Of a stretch of DNA of 64,000 nt, positions 52,301-64,000 are shown piece by piece (position 1 is the first letter of the stretch; the number at the start of each line of letters is the position of its first letter). This DNA is from Paragordius varius (taxonomy: Eukaryota > Animalia > Nematomorpha). Made by a program: the position numbers and the translations under genes. The notes below the pieces were generated by a model that saw only the letters and a list, made by a program, of their open reading frames with translations, did not search any database and was not told the origin of the DNA. The stretch covers positions 6,138,001 through 6,202,000 of the forward strand of contig OZ176050.1 of NCBI GenBank assembly GCA_964247055.1. The letters are read 5' to 3'.

Positions 52301-53315
52301 CTGACCTATAATATATTTTGTAATTAAGCGATTAATACATTGTTATAAAAATGCATTTATGCATTTAGCATGGTATACATATTTTATTAACCTTAAAAAA
52401 TAATAAAGGTTGTATTTTACATAATCGAAATATAAAAACTTAGGTTTGTTGCAGACAGTCCAAGCTTTCAATAGACCTTTAGCTATTATTTTTGAGGTGT
52501 TATTCTCGGGAAGGTTCTATATTTACATTAAATCCATTTACTATGGAATCATGATCCCGTTGAATTTTCCTAAGGTTTATTCTAAATAAATAAACATATA
52601 ATGTTAAAGCAATTATAATATAATTTTATTATGGGCTACAAATAAAATAGACACTCGTTAAAATTTTTAAATAAATATAGATAAACATATTTTTATAAGA
52701 TAAATAAAAACAACAAGCCATGATTTTTAATTAATTAATAAATAAAAAATTTACTTATGCATCTGAGATATTAAAGGTGAAAGGCCACCAAAGCTAGCAG
52801 CTATGCAATTCACTTCGACCTGTTGCAATTTTGCATTTTGTATATGTTGTTTTTTATCATTAAAATAATAGGTTAAAAAACCATCATCTTCCTTACAATC
52901 ATTGTGTAATAAATAATCAGATCGCAGAATTCCTAATTGATAAGTCTGTAATAAAAAAACGCAAGAATACTCTAGAATTCCGTGTTATTTCATAAATTTT
53001 CCATAATTCTATTATAAATGGGTCTTTATCAAACATACTAAAATAAATCGTTCCACATTACTGTAAAAATACATCGTTTAAAAAATTTGGGTTATTTACT
53101 ATTGCGCCGTACAATTTATTAATAATTTTTTGAAGTTTTTGGGCAAAAATATACTCCTTTAAAGAATATATGGATGGAAATAAAGTAAATGGTAAAAACA
53201 ACTGATGTGTACTAGGATAAAAATTTTGGATAAAGCCTTATATTAATAAAATTAAACCATGCCCCACAGCCCAACTCACTGATTCCTCAACCAGATGATC
53301 AAACATTAAAAACAT
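49354..53315 (-). CDS. GSS: Glutathione synthetase (eukaryotic type)
   Basis: About 13 in-frame exons give LPFTLFPS, GILRSDYLL, QVEVNCIAASFGG, NEYDQRQIE, VYYRTGYSP, IKCPSIAFQLAGIKRVQE, VKPLREGGGHNLYGED, SELGVFG and GFGALDSPLLV*. Start codon uncertain (53315 or 53306); a MITE lies 35 nt upstream. Confidence 0.93.
51360..51700 (-). repeat. Diverged dispersed copy of the Helitron-internal satellite unit (GSS intron)
   Basis: The reverse complement CCTTTTTCCACACGAGGTGGGGGCATAACGAGGGCCTAATTCAAAAAA resembles TTTTCACACGGGGTGGGCCCGAACTGGGGACCTAATTCCAAAAAA. Confidence 0.45.
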
Positions 53316-53349
53316 ATGACTAAGTGTATCTTGCAAAATACAGATTAAA

Positions 53350-53901
53350 CACTTGGATTTTAGTCCTTCGAAAATTGGGGTAGTTAAAATACCCCAGTGT
53401 TTAAAATTAAAAAATATGGAAGCAATCAAAACCATGGCAAAATTTTCCACTTATATAATATTAATAAACCGGAACATATAAAAAATTTTAATCAAAAATA
53501 ATTGGTACTTATTATTAAGCTATAACCGAAAGATAAAATTTATTCAACGCGACATGTGTTCAATAATAAAATTGAAAAATTATACAAAATATACCGTTCT
53601 TTCTATTTCTATCAATGTTAAATGTAATTTAAATACAACATTAGCTTTAATTTCACCCTTAAAATTAAATGAAGACGATATTTTGCGAAAATTTTGAAAA
53701 ATAAAAATGGCGTCGAAGTAGTTTGTCATGAAACTTTTTTTTCAAAACAAAATTTTATTTGGATATTTTGCCATATTTATATAATTTATATTAGGATAAA
53801 AGCATAAATTTAAATTGGCACCGTGTCCTTTAGTAGTTTTTAAAAAATCCTAACTCAAATTTAGTCTGGGGTATTTAGATACCCCAAATTGAATCGAAGT
53901 G
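53350..53901 (+). mobile_element. piggyBac-type MITE, copy 5, at the GSS 5' end
   Basis: TAAA|CACTTGGATTTTAGTCCTTCG (small internal deletion) ... GAATCGAAGTG|TTAA. Confidence 0.87.
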
Positions 53902-56399
53902 TTAATCCATATATTATTACTATCGAATTTGATTCTTTTTTATAAAATACCTTGTGAATATTAAATATTTATGAAACAAATAAAAATAAACAAAAGAAAA
54001 TAAATTTCGTAACGAAAAATTTACTTGGCCTTTGCTTTTTTATTTTTAGATATATAACTTTAAAATGTAATATATGTAAAGATATTAACTACATGGTTAT
54101 TTGAAAACTGTTTTTAATTAACGAGATCTACAAAAGAGTTAAACAAAAAAAGTTAAAGTAGGTATTTGCATTAAAATACAGAGCAAAGCTCTCAAAATTA
54201 AATAATACTATATTTTTAAATATTTGTTTTAAATATCAAAATAGTGTGTTTAAGCGAAAAAGATAAAATATGGCAAAATAAATGTGTAATTTTAATGAAT
54301 CTATTAGCCCATAACACATTTTTAATGGAAAACAGGGTTGTTTGAATTTAAATGGGAATGTTATTGAACCATAGGATGCAACCAATTTCCACCTCCTCGC
54401 GAGGCATCCAGCAGCGCTAATGGGAGCGGCATTGTTTAAAAAGAATATTCATTGTACATCAATCCGTAAGAAGACAAACTTGGAAATAAGATTGGCTGTC
54501 TCATTTTTTTACGAAATACCACAATGACTGTAATCACACACATAAAAGCGGGTGTTTCTGGGCGCTATAACCATCAGCCAGATCATAATAACGATAATAT
54601 AAGTCTTTAAACGAAAGATGGAGTAGGAGCTTCCAAAGCCCGGAAAGGCATCGGCCGTAGACTTAAATCTACAAACGGGTTGAGAGATACGATGTCTTTT
54701 CACACACTCTCTAACCTGGTACAGCGAATAAGGTACTCTCTCCTCCGAGTTAAAAGGATTATAAAGACATATAGTCTATAAAAATCAAGCCTCATTACTT
54801 TTACCATGTTCAATAGCGAAATAATTAAATATAAATACTTTTAAAAAAGCTTCCTTTAAAACTTCATTTTATTTATTTAGTTTTATATTGCATAATATTT
54901 ATAACACTGCTCAATAAGGTTTTGCACCACTCCATTTTTTGCATTTTCTGTTACCTAATGGCATGGAAAGATCAAAACAAAAAATATGAGGCCGCCAATG
55001 CGATTTTTTTAAATTAAATTTTGAATTTTGTATTTAATTTTAAAAAAACAATTATTCCTCGTGTACATATATTTAAATATTAAAACGATTAAGTCATACA
55101 AGTGGTATTACAAAGCCAGGTTTTTCATTATAATTTTGGAACGAAATTGCAAAGATGATCCAAATATTCCAGCCCTAGTTTACGACACAGAAGATTTTTT
55201 ATTAACTAAGACTCTGCAGAAAATTATTTTGATAATCCATATAATGGAACTTTATAAAAATGTCGTCGATCTTAATATTAAAATAAAAACTGCCCGAAAT
55301 CGCTACTGAAGGTTTGTTATCTCTTTTGCACGAGAAATACGTCTTATCAAGCGGGCTTGTTATTCGACAAAGTAATAGACAATATACAACAATTAAATAT
55401 CAATTTATTGGATATATTAATTAAAAATTCTCTGTATTAAATAAAAGAAGATACAAAACTTTAAGAATATAGATTTAAAATATATTGCTAAGAGTCAAAG
55501 AGTATTAAAAATCAAAAATATTAAAAATCAGAAAGGGCTAATGTATGGTGTGTGGTATGATATCCCGGGGGCTTGCAAAGCTCTGCAAAAATCCCCCAGG
55601 CCATCCTATAATCATGCCAGATATGGCAAAGATATACAATAATGAGGAGATTAAAGCCCGGTAGGAGAGACCTTCAATATAAAGTAGTTAACTTCAGCAA
55701 AATCTATTCACATGCCAAATTAACTAACTCACAAAATAATGTTAGACTATTTGACCATGAATCGATAAGAAGATTTGATTAGTTCTAATTATATTATTGC
55801 AGTTCATAAAATTATGGTATGAAATTCAAATAATGACGCAGCCAGTCATTTTAAAAATAAATAATATCCCCTAAGTATAAGTAAGATGATTTTTTTTGTA
55901 AATCAACCGAAGAGAAAAACCCTAATAAGTACTAGAAATAACAAAAACTAACAAAAATATACCCTATCTAAAAGCCGAAGGTTTAAACCATAGAATGCCT
56001 CTTTTAGTATTTTTAATATTAATTTATACGTGTTTAATATTAACTTAAAAAAGACTAAATTTGACGTTTATATTTGTACTTTTTTTCTCCCTGATGTTTG
56101 ATTGTATTTATATCTAAAACATGGAGTTTATAAATGATATTAATTTTATAGTTATTTTTAATTTTCTCTCGATTTTCTCTTTTTTGAAAAATTGAAAAAC
56201 CTATAATATCCCAAAATTCTGATTGGGGGACAAAAATTTTTTCAGATTCGGTTTTAGAACACTGTAATTAGTCATAATTTAAAATTGAGTGGTGGTGCTC
56301 ATTAATGTCCAAATTTGTCGACTAGTGTAATTATATTTATAAATAATACATCTACGAAAAAGAGAAATGTTGTTACCGAAAAATCCTTTAATAATAAAA

Positions 56400-59263
56400 A
56401 TTATAACTTAAAATTTGGTACATGGAATGTCGGAACCCTTGTTGGAAAAGCTTGAATGATAATAAAAAAGAACAAAAACTTGATATATGTTGTTTACAAG
56501 AAACACGTTTTGAAAACGGAGGTAACTATCGACACAAAGGTTACACACTTTATTATGAGGAAAAACAGGAAAATTAGGAGTCTCCATAGCCATAAACGAT
56601 AAGATAAAAGAAAATATAATTGACATAACATGTCACAACGAGAGAATTATTCAAATGCGAGTGGCTCTCATTAATACTACGCTTAACATACTATCCATCT
56701 ATATCCATCAACAGGGTCAAAATGAAACTAACAAACTGTAATTCTGGAACCAGCTTTATCAGATTGGACAAAATGTTCCTACAAATGACTTACTTTTGAC
56801 AAGCGGAGATTTCAATGGACACATTAGAATGCACGCTGATGGTTGTAAAGGTATACACGGTGGAGTAGGTATTGGTTACCGCAACAAAGAGGAAACGCTT
56901 TAAGAATTCTGCAGTTCTGTAGACCTACTGATTTGCAATATACATTTTACAAATAAAACCATAATACATATAAAATTGGAAAGCACACATCTCAAATAGA
57001 TTTTGTGTTATTGAATAAAAAATTAGAAAACTTATGACTAACATCAAAACCTACACAACATACTAGTAGTTGCTTTTTTGATATCAGAACCGATCTAGCC
57101 CTAAAAAATTGCCTCAACTTAACGTTGCTAAACTTAGTGATCCTATAACAAAGCATCAATACATAAACCAAATTACATCTGAACAAAGCATATTCCCCTA
57201 ACAACGTACATGACGGCTGGGAGCATCTAAAAAACACTCTTCTCCCAAACGTTTCCAAAATCTGCGGAAGAAAACGTGCGAAAACAAAATACCAATGGTG
57301 GTGGTAAGCGATATTAAACCCTTATTGAATGAGAAAAGAGATGCCTTTAAAAAATGGAAAGCTTCTAACACGATGATGACAAACATGTTTATATAATAAT
57401 TAAAAAAAGAGTAAAGAAAATTATAGCTTACAAAATGAATGAAAGATGCTTGGAAATGGCCAAAAAACCTGAAGGAATTAAAAACTTAAAGTTTTTAAAA
57501 CACAAATATTAATAGTAATAAAAAAGATATTCGGGTAGTGAAAGCCATAAAAAATAAAAATAACAACACAGTTAATGACACTCCTAGCATTCAAAATGTA
57601 TGAACACAATACATGCAAAATACACTGAATTTACCATTCAAACTTTGAGATACGAAAATTACCGCCAGTTATTGGGCCACCCCCAATCATTACTGCAGAA
57701 GTTGTGAGCTTAGCCATGCAAAATGTAAAATCACTAAAGCACCTGGTCCCACGGAAATCAAAACTGAAATATTCAAAAATATTCCTGAAGCAATTACCTA
57801 TTTCACAGAGTTTACTATAATTATAATGGAGGAAAAAATCCCAAACGACTGAAACCAAAGTGTCATAATTCTAATATATAAAAACAAAGGCGACATGCTT
57901 AACTGCGTCTCCAACAGACCATTAAAATTACTTAAAAACGTAACCAAATTATTCGAAATTATAATAGAAAGGAAAATACGTCAGCTTTGCTCGATTGACG
58001 AAACCCAATTCGGTTTCCAACAGTGTATCAGCAAGTCTGACGCCATATTCATTCTCAAAAGGCTACAAGAGAACTACAGATGCAAGAAGAAAACCTTATA
58101 TCACATCTTTATTGATTTAAACCGTGCATTTGACTGCATCCCGCGCTCCATGATCACATTTGCCTTACGAAAAAAAGAAATTCCGGAATGGATAATAAAA
58201 ATAATAAATTTTCTGTATGAGAACACCACTAGCTGCGCGAGAACTACCGCGGGAAATACCAATCGATTCCCAGTGAGTGTCGGGCTACACCATGGCTCCA
58301 TCCTCCCCATTACTATTTATCATTATTATGGATGTAATAACTGATAATATAACAGGCCTTTCGAGATGCAACAGCCACCAGCGAAGCCATTATCAATTAA
58401 TATTAACTCGAAATCTACAGAATTTGGCCTCAAACTTAACTTAGATAAAACAAAATCTTTAATTATAGCTCATCTATACCTATAATAAAGCTCCCTTGCT
58501 ACATTTGTCACTCTGAAGTTAAACTTAATTCCAAATGTACTAAATGCCAACTGTGGGTCCACAAAAAATGCTCACAAATTAAAGGAAGTTTATTAGGCAT
58601 TGAAAATTATGTATGTAAAGCTTGTGCAACACCAGTTATAAACCCAGACAATCCCACAGAAACTACCTATCTCGCATCTATAAACATCGAAATAGTAAAC
58701 AAGTACAAAGTGATACAATAGCAGTTAATATCAATAAAAAACGCCATAACAACACGAACACGTCAAGTTTGGGCCAAATTCCATCACAAGTATATAATAA
58801 AACAAAAACACATTTCAAACCAAAACAAGGGCAAAATCTACATGCATGCCATTCGCCCTGCCCTCACATATACTAGCGAATGTTTATCAAACTAATGAAA
58901 ATAAATTATGTGAAATAGAAAGAAAAATCCTCAACTCATGTCTCACCACTCAGTACCACGATGATAAAACAAATAATAACATAAATAGTCTGTTTATATC
59001 CCACCTATGTTTTCCTTTCTCAGTGCATATCATCTCAGATACTGCGGCCATATTGAACGCTCAAATGGTTGTATCAACAAAATTAGATCTTTTCACCCGA
59101 ACGGCAATTTAAGACAAGACAGACCAAATCATGATTGGGAAAAAAATTAGCCATGACTTAACTTAACTCAATTGACCAAAGACGACTGTCTCGATCGCAA
59201 GTTATTTCGCTTAAGAATTTGGAAGCTAGCTCATACTGGAGAAACAATGAATGATGATGATGA
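56400..59263 (+). mobile_element. Degenerate near-full-length RTE-clade LINE
   Basis: APE motifs KFGTWNVGTL, DICCLQETR and GDFNGH; RT motifs QFGF, DAIFILKRLQE, FIDLNRAFD and VGLHHGS; CTKCQLWVHKKCS finger; 3' (TGA)n tail at ~59248-59263. Many stops and frameshifts. Confidence 0.9.
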
Positions 59264-59475
59264 ATTTTATTTAACCATACAATATGCACATATGATAAAA
59301 CAACACCGTGATATGCACATATGATAAAACAACAGACCCGTCCTAAATAAACTAATTCGTTTTAATAACATTTTTTTTATACTACCAATTTTTTAAATTT
59401 CAAGCTTTTATCCTTCCATACCCTCTTTGTTTTTTAAAAAATGAATTACATCCACCCCACAAATGTTTTATATGA

Positions 59476-62400
59476 TTATTTATTTAGGATCTTTAAATCG
59501 CATAATAGGGCCAAATGATCAGATCCTAAATCAATATTTGGTAAAGCCGTCAGTTTTTCGATGTCGCTACGAGAGGGAAATGGATAAATCTACATACAAA
59601 ATAAAATGGTAATTAAATATATAAAAAAGTTGAGGCAAGATATTATGCTATAAAAATTCTACCTTAGAGACTTCCCATTCGTCCTTTTGCACAAATATGT
59701 AATCAATGCAAGCCTGAAAACCAGGAACGAAATTGGTATATTCCGGTTCACCGCAAGCACTCACAAAATTAAATGAATGATTTAATTCTACACCTTCAAC
59801 GTATTCAGGATCATCCTCTATAGTGGTTTACACAAAAAATAAGGTTGAAATATATTTAATAAAATTAAATTGTATGAGATCAAATTATTTTTTAAAATAT
59901 TATTGTTTTAAAAGTGTTAATATGTACTCTTTGGCCAGGCAGAAGCAGTTTTAGGCAAAAATCCGGTAGTAACATATTTATAAATATCGGTTTCGGGTGT
60001 GGAATTAAAATCCCCACATAGAATTACATGAGGTTTTATCTAAAGTGTATAAACAAATTGTTAATGTACACACTATATAATATTTATCTAATTTCACAAT
60101 ATATTAAATTCGTGTAAATAAATAAACGAAATGGTAAATATGACATAAGTTCTAAAAATATTCATCTATATAAGTTAAAGCTATCGAAAAAAATTGTAAA
60201 ATAAAAATAATATATGTTATATATATGTTAGGAGAAAGATTACCTATAAGTTTTTTGGCCTTCACAAATCAAACAAAATAATCTTAAATTTTATTACTAT
60301 TGCGAAATTCATAAAGAAAATACGATAGAAATTTATGGTTATAAACCTAATAATCCCCCCAAAAAATATTGAGGATTTTAAGAATTAGCAGACACATACT
60401 TTGTGTTGCTTGTAGAATTGTTCAATAGTTCGTTCAAGATAGGAGAGAGAGGCAGCTATTTGTATGATCCTAATGTGATATGCCGCAGGTAAAAAGTATA
60501 AATGGGTGTTTGCTACACATAAGATAGTATCATTGTAATCTTTGCTTTTCAAAAAGGTCACCTAATTTTAACGATACATATAATTATATAAATAAAAAAC
60601 ACTGAATTAAAAATCACACTTAACAAAAGAAGTGTTTTGATATAAATAAAACAAATATATTATATGTGAACTTAAATCATAAAAGGCTTAAACATTTCTT
60701 TAAAACCGTTAAAATCAAAATAAAATATGATTCCCATTCAAACGTCTCCCTATCAATCAAAAAAATTTTCCCTTCAATAAAACATCTATTCAATCAATAT
60801 AAACATTTTTCCAAACAGTAAACCTTTTTTTGTGATAAATATCTAAACAGGATAGAAAAATAATTATTGGGTATTTTTTTGAAAGCAAAATTATTCAGTG
60901 CAGTTTTTTATTGTTCTTGATAAAAATACGCAATCATTTTATAGAATATCCATTTCGACTTTAACCTAAAAATCTTATTAAATCATATTTATATATATAA
61001 CGAATTTATCTTTGAAATTTCAACATTCTAAAATTTTGGTGTTTTTTAGCTAACTCATTATTTTAAAATTGGTTTTTCTTCATAGTTTATATTTTTTGGT
61101 TTTTATTGTGCAAGTAGGATAATATTTTTTGATTGTTTTTTAATATTTATATATTATTTAATCATTTAAAATGAAAATCTGTTTAAGTAATTTAAAAAAA
61201 TGTTAACTAGGATAATGAAGCAGAAAAAGAATGAATGATCCGAAAATTAAATATAAATCTTAATAAGAAGTTATAGCTCAGAAATATCGAAATTTTCAAA
61301 AAAACGACATGTTTATTGAATATAAAATGATTGAGGTGACATAAAACCTATAATTTCATAAGTTATTTAATGATGGCGCAATAATGGACTTAAATAGAAA
61401 AAAGTAAATAATTGTAAAAAAATATCCTTAGTAGGCTCATGAAATTTAAAACAGGTCTGGCCAACACAAATGGCTTCATGAGTCGCATTTTTGGATCGAA
61501 AAATCCGAAAGAGTCGCATTCCCAAAATATATCGGAATTAACAAATTTTTTAGATGTCAAACATAAGATTGTAAAACTATTATAATTTTATTAATTTTAC
61601 GAGTCCAATGCCAAAATTCGGAGAGTTTTATTCATATTTATTGAAGAAAATTATTTAACTTAAATTTCTCGAGGGCTGCCAAAATATTTTAAAGAGCCGC
61701 ATGTTGAACATCCCCAATGTAAAGTTATTTTAATATCTTATTTTGATATTTTTCGTCAAAATAAAAGCGTTTTTATTGATTGGGAATATTTTTATTTATT
61801 GGAATAAATAAATTCACTGAAAAATCGTTTCGATTGTTTGGGAAAACGTTTTTTGAATGACTGATAATGCTTCGATTTGAAAAAATGTTCTCACACACAA
61901 ATAATACAAACAAAATCTATAATGATAATTAATATTTATCTTTATATAAGGGCATATAGCATAAAGTAGTATTAATTGACACTGTACAAAAGTCAAAGAG
62001 ACATAATATATCAGATTTAAGGCATGGCAATTGGTCGGTCAATAATAACTGATGTAATCGCTTTTAAATGCAATCATTATTTAAAAAATATGTTGTAACT
62101 GTTATTAGCTCTAATAGTGCAAAATATTTTATAACGACTATATGAATATTCACAGTATTTATATTAAATGTAATAAAAATTTTTATTATTTTATAATTAA
62201 TTTTTATCACTTGATAAACATATTTTAGAAAATTTAGATTATTAATTTTTAAGCGGTACCCATATCGAACATTATATTTATAACCGAGACCGAAACTTTA
62301 TCAAAACTTAAAGCATATCGTACTTGCAATATGGCTTTTTTATTTAAAATATTTGATTTCAGTGCGCTATTTTGGCTTATCAACTGATATAATTTAGAAT

Positions 62401-64000
62401 CTTTTTCAATGGCATTCGGCATTGTTGTATCTTGCTGAGAAAATAATCTGTATTAATTAATATATTGAATTTAATCTAAATTAACAAATAATAGGATGCA
62501 AATAAATGGATAAAAAACACCTATAAAAGTATAACAGTAAAGCGCTAGTAGTAGGCATCCAATTTAAGATATCAGCTGTAACTTTGATAAAAATTAAAAA
62601 CGAATTGCCAAAGGGGCTCAATACTTCGATTCAAATTGGGGTATCTAAATGACATTAATTAAGTTGATTTTTCCAAAAAACTACTGAAGAAACGGTTAAA
62701 TTTATGCTTCTATCCGAATGAAAATTATATAAATAAGCCAAAATATTTAAATTAAATTTAGTGAAAAAATGTTACGTATCAAACTACTTGGACGCCATTT
62801 TTATTTTATAACATTTTAGCTGTTTATTTCATTCTGAGTCTAAAATTTAGTGTACTTATTTATTATAATCATATTTGACCTTGATATAAATAGAAAAATT
62901 GGTATATCTTGCATCGTTTTTATATTTAGCTTATGCACACATGTGTGGCTAAATTTATACCTTTGGGTTTCACCTGTGAATAAGTAATAACTTTTGAATG
63001 AATTCATTTATATTTCGGTTCATTAATGTAATATAAGTGCAAACTTTTGCCATGGTTACAATTTATTCCATATTTTTTGAATTAACTTTAAACAAGCCTG
63101 GGATATCTAACTACCCCAATTTAAATCGAGGGACTGAAATGTATGTGTTGTATCCAAGTGTTAAAGTAAAAATTCCTGATTAAGTGATAATAAATAATAG
63201 AAAAATGGCAAGGATTAAGTTTAACGCAATAAATTTTTACCATTATTTTATCATTTAACAAAACGGTTTTAACGTGAAAAATATCAAAAAAAAACTTTCC
63301 CACATTTAAGCGATAATGTAAGACGTCATTTCGAGGTTTTGCCCTTACAAGTAACAAACAATAATGTTATTTTCAATTTATACCACAATACAAAACATTT
63401 GGTTAGAAAAAAAGCGTTACTCAAATTTGTTTTTGTTGTAAAGTGTGGCGCATCCTTCTACAACCGTTTTGTCTTTATATTTATACACGCTGCCATAACC
63501 GTAAAAAGATGAACCGTCTTCCAAACAAGAATCATACATTTTCTCATCCACTTCTTGCAAACATATTACATCAGCTTCGTAACCTATATATCATAAAAAA
63601 GTTGTTTGTAATTCGGATTTTATTTTTTTAAAAAATCCAAAATATATGTTTATTTACTGATAATTTCATGAAAGATAATGTTAGAACGGTATTCATATTT
63701 CAAGTCACCCTTTGGGCAATAGGGGAATAGGTGATTTTTGGAATAATCAGATTTAGCGTAAAGATCGGCCAAAATGTTATACGAACAAAACCTATAACTA
63801 TACAATGACTATTATTAAAGAAACCTACTAAGGCTTTTCTGTCCTTGACGTGATGGCATTTAGCCTTGTTTGTAAAAGGGTTTGGGGTGGTTGGCTTAGA
63901 ACCTTTGAAGATTTTAAGAATTTAGAAGGTCCTCGCACGCCCTTATGGTAAGGGATGCAAAGTAAACCAATTGAGGACTCAATATCTTTTTCGGACGGTT
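59476..64000 (-). CDS. PDE12: 2',5'-phosphodiesterase 12 (EEP family); 5' end beyond the right edge
   Basis: Exons give SYNILADLYA...LFPYCP, ADVICLQEVD, VEGCATLY, LCVANTHLYF...IRIIQ, VILCGDFNSTP, SACGEPEYTNFVPGFQACIDYIF (59817-59663) and GSDHLALLCDLK (59589-59476). Confidence 0.92.
61452..61716. mobile_element. hAT-like MITE (PDE12 intron)
   Basis: CAGGTCTGGCCAACACAAATGG ... GAGCCGCATGTTGAACATCCCCA; flanks ATTTAAAA/ATGTAAAG match at 6 of 8. Confidence 0.5.
62622..63160 (-). mobile_element. piggyBac-type MITE, copy 6 (PDE12 intron)
   Basis: TCAA|TACTTCGATTCAAATTGGGGTATCTAAAT ... TATCCAAGTG|TTAA. Confidence 0.82.

Noticed and set aside
54380-54760. GC-richer segment with a 64-aa ORF
   Set aside because: No recognisable motifs or ends; probably an unclassified repeat fragment.
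59282-59334. 24-bp direct repeat (ATATGCACATATGATAAAACAACA x2) with a 5-nt gap
   Set aside because: Two copies only; looks like a local duplication next to the LINE tail, not an array.
61810-62060. Second ...SDILCL... segment resembling a PDE12 exon
   Set aside because: The true ADVICLQEV exon is at ~63590-63420; this patch lacks the catalytic QE and lies within an intron.

Overview
Very AT-rich eukaryotic, almost certainly metazoan DNA: the CUL3, FEN1, MRG15, NT5C2, GSS and PDE12 proteins are animal-like. Spliced genes reconstructed by hand are NT5C2 (-, runs off the left edge), an unannotated multi-exon ORF whose last exon overlaps the NT5C2 start codon, CUL3 (+, 21 exons), a UBE3D/HECT_2-like gene (-), FEN1 (+), RRP15 (-), a chromodomain-less MRG paralog (-) head-to-head with MRG15 (+), a small secreted Cys-containing protein (+), glutathione synthetase (-) and PDE12 (-, runs off the right edge). 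Intron sizes are bimodal: many are 21-26 nt, others are inflated to kilobases by transposons. Repeats include a 4.26-kb fold-back element, a 1.27-kb fold-back, a 232-bp spacerless palindrome, six piggyBac-type MITEs, hAT and TA-flanked MITEs, a Helitron-ended element with a dimeric higher-order tandem array nested in a TIR element, a dead Ty3/gypsy element and two dead RTE LINEs. No CRISPR array, rRNA or tRNA was recognised. Gene identities rest on my recall of family motifs, not on database searches, and exon boundaries are manual predictions.
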